A stretch of DNA of 64,000 nucleotides from Macrostomum lignano. Its lineage: Eukaryota. The notes beneath the pieces are model-generated. The model ran no database searches, was not told the origin of the DNA, and saw only the letters and a program-made list of their open reading frames with translations. The stretch spans positions 1-64,000 of the forward strand of contig NIVC01003805.1 in the NCBI GenBank assembly GCA_002269645.1, read 5' to 3'. Shown in pieces: positions 57,088 through 64,000 of the stretch; the first letter of the stretch is position 1; each line of letters begins with the position of its first letter. A program made the translations under genes and the position numbers.

Positions 57088-57289
57088 GGGTGTCCAGCAG
57101 TAGGCGTCAATCTATTAATATCTTCACGATTTTTTTATTTCAAGCCTAAACATTTCCTATGCTTACAATACATGTATTTCACCTAATTTCCTAATCCCTA
57201 ATCCTGTTTAGCCTTCACGGCTTGTAACCTTGAGTCTTCACGACTTCTGTCTTACCTATAAGAGTCTTCACGACTTCTTAATATCAATA

Positions 57290-58262
57290 TGTTGTGTGAC
57301 TGAGCAGTGTGTGACTCAGTATGTTGTGTGATTGAGCAGAATGTGGCTCAAGATGTTGTGTGATTGAGAAGTGTGCCTGTAGATTGTGTGTGATTGAGCA
57401 GTGTGTGCCTGTAAATTGTGTGTGATTGAGCAGTGTGACTAAAGATTTTGTGTGATTGAGCAATATGTTACTGGAAACTGTGATTGAGCAGTGTGTGACT
57501 GACAACTGTGATTAAGCAGTGTGTGACTGACAACTGTGATTTAGCAGTGTGTGACTGACAACTGTAATTTAGCATTGTGTGACTGACAACTGTGATTTAG
57601 CAGTGTGTGACTGACGACTGTGACTGAGCAGTGTGTGACTGACGACTGTGATTTAGCAGTGTGTGACTGACGACTGTGACTGAGCAGTGTGTGACTGACA
57701 ACTGTGATTGAGCAGTATGTGACTGACAACTGTGATTTAGCAGTGTGTGACTGACAACTGTGACTGAGCGGTGTGTGACTGACGACTGTGACTGAGCAGT
57801 GTGTGACTGACAACTGTGATTTAGCAGTGTGTGGCTGACAACTGTGATTGAGCAGTGTGTGACTGACAACTGTGACTGAGCAGTGTGTGACTGACAACTG
57901 TGATTTAGCAGTGTGTGACTGGCAACTGTGACTGAGCAGTGTGTGACTGACAACTGTGATTTAGCAGTGTGTGACTGGCAACTGTGACTGAGCAGTGTGT
58001 GACTGACAACTGTGATTTAGCAGTGTGTGACTGGCAACTGTGACTGAGCAGTGTGTGACTGACAACTGTGATTTAGCAGTGTGTGACTGGCAACTGTGAC
58101 TGAGCAGTGTGTGACTGACAACTGTGATTTAGCAGTGTGTGACTGACAACTGTGATTTAGCAGTGTGTGACTGACAACTGTGATTTAGCAGTGTGTGACT
58201 GACAACTGTGATTTAGCAGTGTGTGACTGACAACTGTGATTTAGCAGTGTGTGACTGACAGC
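57290..58262. repeat. 28-nt minisatellite
   Basis: Unit TTAGCAGTGTGTGACTGACAACTGTGAT with variants, more than 25 copies; degenerate at the left end. Confidence 0.95.
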
Positions 58263-58819
58263 TAATGTGAGAATGTCACTCTGCAGTTTGAATCAGCAAT
58301 AAATGAAAAAAAATTTAACCATTACTACAGAAGGCTGTGAAATGCCATTGAGGATTTTGTTGAACTCATTTCAATCAATAAATATAACTGGACTCCTAAA
58401 AACGCCTCACGCCACAGCCAGTTCCAAGGACAAACAAGGTTATCTAGTGTATTTACTGTGGGTGAGTACAGTAGCGATCTCATATTCATATATGATACAC
58501 TGAACAATAGCGGAGCAAACTGAAGAAGTCTCAAAAATTCAATACGGGATCAGCGAGTTCCCGGCAGATAAGACAAGGGAATCGTTTAGCGGGAACCGTG
58601 AGCCTAAACTGCTGTGAAATTGCTCGATTTAAACAAACAACAGCTAAGCAACAAGCGAGAGTGCTGGACCCGGAGACTGCAGGCTGAAGATGCTTGGAGA
58701 GGAGAAAGATAAGAAGAGGTGAAACTCGTTTAAATTGCTCAGACCTCTTCGAGACAGAGGCACATCCTTATTAATCATTTGTTCAGAGATAATTATTGGC
58801 AAAGATATTTTGATTTTGG

Positions 58820-59222
58820 CACTCACCCCCACCAAGCCAACCCCCACCAAGCCAACCCCAGCAGCCAACCTCCACCAAGCCAACCCCAGGACCCACCCCC
58901 ACCAAGCCAACCCCCACCAAGCCAACCCCAGCACCCACCCCCACCAAGCCAACCCCAGCAGCCAACCTCCACCAAGCCAACCCCAGCACTCACCCCCACC
59001 AAGCCAACCCCAGCACTCACCCCCACCAAGCCAACCCCAGCACTCACCCCCACCAAGCCAACCCCCAGCAGGCCAATCACAGAAGCCAACCCCCACCAAG
59101 CCAACCCCAGCACTTACCCCACCAAGCCAACCCCCACCAAGCCAACCCCAGCACCCACCCCCACCAAGCCAACCCCAGCATCCACACCCACCAAGCCAAC
59201 CCCAGCACTCACCCCCACCAAG
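58820..59222. repeat. C-rich minisatellite (14/26-nt units)
   Basis: CCCCACCAAGCCAA and CCCCACCAAGCCAACCCCAGCACTCA units. Confidence 0.92.
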
Positions 59223-59411
59223 CCTAATATAAACGACTATAACGGTTAGTAGGCGCTGCACTCATTTATACGATTGTGGACTCTCCTGCACTCCTAGGGA
59301 GTTAAATAGTCGATGGCTCGAGCCCCTGGTCATAGGAGGCTTAGACAGAAAAGATAGGGAGAGGGGAGATTGAGAGAGAATCAGCAGCGCAGTGGAGGGT
59401 CAGTTTGGCGG

Positions 59412-62400
59412 TCAGTAGAGGCTCTTCCCGCTGGCAATCCAGGCTTTCCGCATGGGGTGCATCTTGGGGTCGATCCACTCCATGTTGGCGGCGGCCCGCA
59501 GCCGCTCCAGCTCGCGCTCCCGCTCCTGCCGGAGCCGCTCCTCCTCCTGACGGCGCTCCTCCTCCTGCAGCTGGCGCAGGTGCTCGTTGAAGTTGATCTG
59601 CGCCTTCAGCTCTTCACCGAAGTTCAGATTCTTCTGATGACGGGCGGCCGCCTCCTCGCGCTCCTCCACCTTCATGGCTTCGATGCGGGCGAGGATTTCC
59701 GCCTTCTCCTCGGCGGCCTCCCGCTGCCGCCGCTCGTTGGCCAGCAGGCGCTCCTGGATCTGCGTGCGCCGCTCCGCCATGACCTGCTCCAGCAGCTGCC
59801 GCCTCGCCTCCTTCTCGCGGCGCCACTGGTCCACTCGCTTCTGCCACTGCTGCTGGATCTCCGCGTCCAGAAGACGCTCCAGCTCCGCCTCCCTGCGGGT
59901 TTGGGCGCGGATTGTTGAGTGTGCGGGATTGGTGAGTGTGCGGGATTGGTGAGTGTGCGGGATTGGTGAGTGTGCGGGATTGGTGAGTGTGCGGGATTGG
60001 TGAGTGTGCGGGATTGGTGAGTGACTGTGCGGGATTCGTGAGTGTGCGGGATTGTTGAGTGTGCGGGATTGGTAAGTGTGCGGGATTGGTGAGTGTGCGG
60101 GATTGGTGAGTGACTGTGTGGGATTCGTGAGTGTGCGGGAATGTTGAGTGTGCGGGATTTGTGAGTGCGCGGGATTCGTGAGTGTGCGGGAATGTTGAGT
60201 GTGCGGGATTTGTGAGTGTGCGGGAATGTTGAGTGTGCGGGATTGGTGAGTGTGCGGTAATGTTGAGTGTGCGGGATTGTTGAGTGTGCGGGATTGGTGA
60301 GTGTGCGGGATTGGTGAGTGTGCGGGATTTGTGAGTGCGCGGGATTCGTGAGTGTGCGGGAATGTTGAGTGTGCGGGATTTGTGAGTGTGCGGGATTTGT
60401 GAGTGTGCGGGAATGTTGAGTGTGCGGGATTGGTGAGTGTGCGGGAATGTTGAGTGTGCGGGATCGTTGAGAGTGCGGGATCGGTGAGTGACTGTGCGGG
60501 ATTGGTGAGTGACTGTGCGGGATTGGTGAGTGACTGTGCGGGATTGGTGAGTGACTGTGCGGGATCGGTGAGTGACTGCGGAATTCGTGAGACAGATGCT
60601 GGAGTGTGAGACTAATTCCAGGGAAACCCACCTGGCCTTCTCCTCCTCCATCATGTTGCGCAGGTACTCGCGGTATCTGCGGTCCTCCTCCCTCATCGCC
60701 AGCTTCCTGGCCCGGGTGTTGGCCTCCTCCACGCGGCTCTCCTCGGCCAGCTGCTCGAGGATCTTCATGTCGAAGGCCAGCTCCTCCTGGGCCTCGCGGG
60801 CCTTCTGGCGCATCCGCAGGCGGATGTTGCGGTCCAGCATCCGGCGAGTCTCCTGCTCCTTGCGGCGCCGCTCCTCAGCCGCCTGAGCCGCCTCCACCTG
60901 CGGGTTCGAGTCAGTGTTTTTCCCTGGGAAATGCTCCGGGAGAAACCTGGGCTGACTTGGGGCTGGTGAGCTGTGCAACCCTGCTCACCTTTCGGAGCTC
61001 CTCCATCTCGCGGACCAGCTGAGCCTCCTCCTCCTTCAGCTTGAGCTCCTCGTCGCGTCTGGCCTTGAAGGCGGCCCGCTGTTGCTCCAGCACCGCCACC
61101 GTCTCCATCTCGCGCTGCTTGCGCTCCGCCAGGTCCCGCTCCTCACGCTCCGCCTTGGCTGCCAGCTCCTCCTTCCACAGCTCGTGAAAATAGCGCTCCT
61201 CTGCCTGGCGCTGCGCCTCCAGGCGCTTCTTCAGGTGCACCTGCGGATGCGATGGCGGTGAGACAGTTAGCGGGTGAGACAGTTGGCGGTGAGACAGTTG
61301 GGGGTGAGCCAGTTGGTGGGTGAGACAGTTGGCGGGTGAGACAGTTGGTGGGTGAGACAGTTGGCGGGTGAGACAGTTGGTGGGTGAGACAGTTGGTGGG
61401 TGAGACAGTTGGTGGGTGAGACAGTTGGTGGGTGAGACAGTTGGCGGGTGAGACAGTTGGCGGGTGAGACAGTTAGTGGGTGAGACAGTTGGTGGGTGAG
61501 ACAGTTGGTGGGTGAGACAGTTAGTGAGTGAGACAGTTGGTGGGTGAGACAGTTAGTGAGTGAGACAGTTAGTGAGTGAGACAGTTGGTGGGTGAGACAG
61601 TTGGTGGGTGAGACAGTTGGTGGGTGAGACAGTTGGTGGGTGAGACAGTTGGCGGGTGAGACAGTTTGTGGGTGAGACAGTTGGCGGGTGAGACAGTTGG
61701 TGGGTGAGACAGTTGGTGGGTGAGACAGTTGGTGGGTGAGACAGTTGGTGGGTGAGACAGTTGGCGGGTGAGACAGTTGGCGGGTGAGACAGTTAGTGGG
61801 TGAGACAGTTGGTGGGTGAGACAGTTGGTGGGTGAGACAGTTGGTGGGTGAGACAGTTGGTGGGTGAGACAGTTAGTGAGTGAGACAGTTTGTGGGTGAG
61901 ACAGTTGGTGAGTGAGACAGTTGGTGGGTGAGACAGTTGGTGGGTGAGACAGTTGGCGGGTGAGACAGTTGGCGGGTGAGACAGTTGGGGGTGAGCCAGT
62001 TGGTGGGTGAGACAGTTGGCGGGTGAGACAGTTGGCGGGTGAGACAGTTGGCGGGTGAGACAGTTGGTGGGTGAGACAGTTGGTGGGTGAGACAGTTGGT
62101 GGGTGAGACAGTTGGTGGGTGAGACAGTTGGTGGGTGAGACAGTTGGTGGGTGAGACAGTTGGTGGGTGAGACAGTTGGTGGGTGAGACAGTTGGTGGGT
62201 GAGACAGTTGGTGGGTGAGACAGTTGGTGGGTGAGACAGTTGGTGGGTGAGACAGTTGGTGGGTGAGACAGTTGGTGGGTGAGACAGTTGGTGGGTGAGA
62301 CAGTTGGTGGGTGAGACAGTTGGTGGGTGAGACAGTTGGTGGGTAAGACAGTTGGAGCTTGCTAAGACGGTCACCTGATTGTCCCGCTCGGCGATGACCT

Positions 62401-63912
62401 CCGCCAGGTGCCGCTTCTGCAGGTTGGTGCGCAGCTCCTCGCTCTGCTCCCGCCACAGCTCGTTCATCTTCTGCTCAACCAGCTGCTGCCGCTCCGCCTC
62501 TTTCTCCTCCCTGAGCTGCTTGGCCCGCTCGCGCATCTTGGCCTGGCGCTCCAGCACCGTCTCCTGGCTGGCGTCCATCTCCTCCAGGTGGCGCCGCTCG
62601 TCAGCCTCCAGCAGGGCGCGCAGTCGGTCCCGGCGCTCCTCGATGCGCATCTCCATCTGGCGCCGGTACTCCTGCAGCCGGCGGTTGACGGCCTTGCGCT
62701 GCAGCCGCTTGTTGGTCTGCTGCTCCCAGTCGCTGCGCATGTCCATGAGGGCCTGGGCGCGGACCTCGGCGTCTCTCTCCGCCCGGCGGGCGGCCTCCTC
62801 CCGGCTCTGTTGGATGATCCAGTCGCCGCCGCCGCTGCCCGGTGTTCGGCCCAGCTACGAAAATAGATGGATTTGTTTTAATCCTGCCGTTTTAGGCGAA
62901 TTCTTTCGAATTCTTTTAATTTGCTTTGGACATGACTGTGAGCAGCGATTCCTCAAAGAATTCGATAGTGAAAGAATCGCTTCATTCTTCTTCGCTTTTA
63001 ATTAGAACAACTTCGCTTGATTTCAAGACATGTTTTAATCGACAATTAATTATCTATTCGCTGCTCTTTTATGTGTTTGGGGTTATAAATTTTTGTTTAA
63101 TTGTAATACACATTTTGTGTCGTTGAGTAAAAAATGTTTATTTTTTGTTCTTATAAAGTTATAAGTATTAAAAACCATAAAACAATTTTCGCTAATAGTC
63201 CCATATATGAGACATTTAAAACAATATATTCTGTACTTTATTAGCCATCTCTTCAAAAATTTGAAAGTTATAAAGTCCTGATTTAGAGACACTATATAAT
63301 TCAGAAGGAAACAGCATTCTGATTTTTATTTAGAGATTAGACCTACACTAAAACTTTCTTGAAAGTGGAGGTAAAGCTACTTTGAATTTGTTTTCCAGCA
63401 TTTGTATGGCCTTCAAAATTGCTAGTTTTAATGAGTGAAAAGAAGAAAGGCTTTATAAATTTTTAAAAACTTCAAAAGTTTGCATTTATAACTTTTTATA
63501 ATTTATAACTTTTATCTTAATTTAAAACAATAAATTTCAACTCTGATTTAAGCATAACATTAACACAATAACAATTGCCCATGTAGTTCGCTCATTAATT
63601 TTCTTTTTTAAATAATGTTAAAAATGGTATATCTTGTACTTCGCATTCTCCAAGGCTTCTGTAGTTACAGTCGTAGACGTTTCTTGTTCTATTCATTTTG
63701 CCGAAACTATTGGGTTTATATGTGTCATCAAATCACTGTATTATAAACACAGTATTAGTATTTGATTTTTAAAATTTTATTTAACACACTATACATACTT
63801 ATTGATGTAAGAGAAAAAATTAAGATATTTATTCACTTACAATTCCAACGCTGTTGGGCTCCGGCCCACGAAATTCCCTTTGGCGCGTCCTCCTTTTTTC
63901 TACTGTAAGCAT
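59412..63912 (-). CDS. CFAP53: Cilia- and flagella-associated protein 53 (CCDC11), 516 aa, 5 exons
   Basis: Exons 63841-63912, 62375-62854, 60989-61240, 60632-60897 and 59412-59892; all introns GT-AG; phases 0,0,0,2; 1551 nt open. N-terminal REFRGPEP, WEQ..IEERRDRLRALLE..EQSEELR, long coiled coil and C-terminal HPMRK match CFAP53 as recalled. Confidence 0.9.
59900..60590. repeat. 17-nt intronic minisatellite (CFAP53 intron 4)
   Basis: GGGATTGGTGAGTGTGC units fill the intron. Confidence 0.95.
61255..62355. repeat. 16-nt intronic minisatellite (CFAP53 intron 2)
   Basis: TGAGACAGTTGGTGGG units, more than 60 copies. Confidence 0.95.
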
Positions 63913-64000
63913 TCTGATATGAGGAACAATACCAAAGCGTAAAAAACAGGCGAATTTGTGAAAAGTTAAAAATTGAATTGATAAACCCTAAATCTTTTAC

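Noticed and set aside
57290-62355. CRISPR-like arrays
   Set aside because: The repeats are head-to-tail with no unique spacers, there are no cas genes, and the context is eukaryotic.
57541-62746. Long tracked ORFs such as 57541-57953, 58644-59261, 59614-60978, 59672-60631, 61569-62456 and the tail of 61793-62746
   Set aside because: They are stop-free translations of minisatellites, or CFAP53 exons read through into repeat-filled introns. The spliced model explains the coding parts.
1-64000. tRNA, rRNA or other structured RNA genes
   Set aside because: No recognisable conserved motifs were seen.

Overview
Eukaryotic (animal) genomic DNA. Bases ~1-57,100 are a dense, scrambled graveyard of mobile elements; bases 59,412-63,912 hold one intact host gene, CFAP53/CCDC11 (5 exons, 516 aa, minus strand), surrounded by minisatellites. 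High-GC3 exons with minisatellite-filled introns resemble a free-living flatworm such as Macrostomum, but this is an unverified impression. The mobile-element region contains four components. (1) Degraded pieces of at least two Maverick/Polinton (adintovirus-like) elements: two integrases, a parvovirus-like PLA2, major and minor capsid proteins, adenain protease, packaging ATPase, protein-primed PolB, a deoxynucleoside kinase, a TBP-like gene and two ACTACT termini. (2) A Ty3/gypsy element whose single reading frame places a herpesvirus-gB-like class III fusion protein upstream of, and fused to, PR-RT-RH-IN, with no recognisable capsid Gag. This is the most unusual object in the window. (3) Eleven copies or fragments of one ~0.9-1.1 kb TG...CA LTR family, all in the same orientation, associated with a double-RING ORF, a SOCS-box ORF with a Vif-like BC box, and small spliced orphan genes. 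(4) A hAT-type non-autonomous insertion whose empty site is visible in a duplicated copy. All protein assignments come from motifs read by eye; no database search was run.
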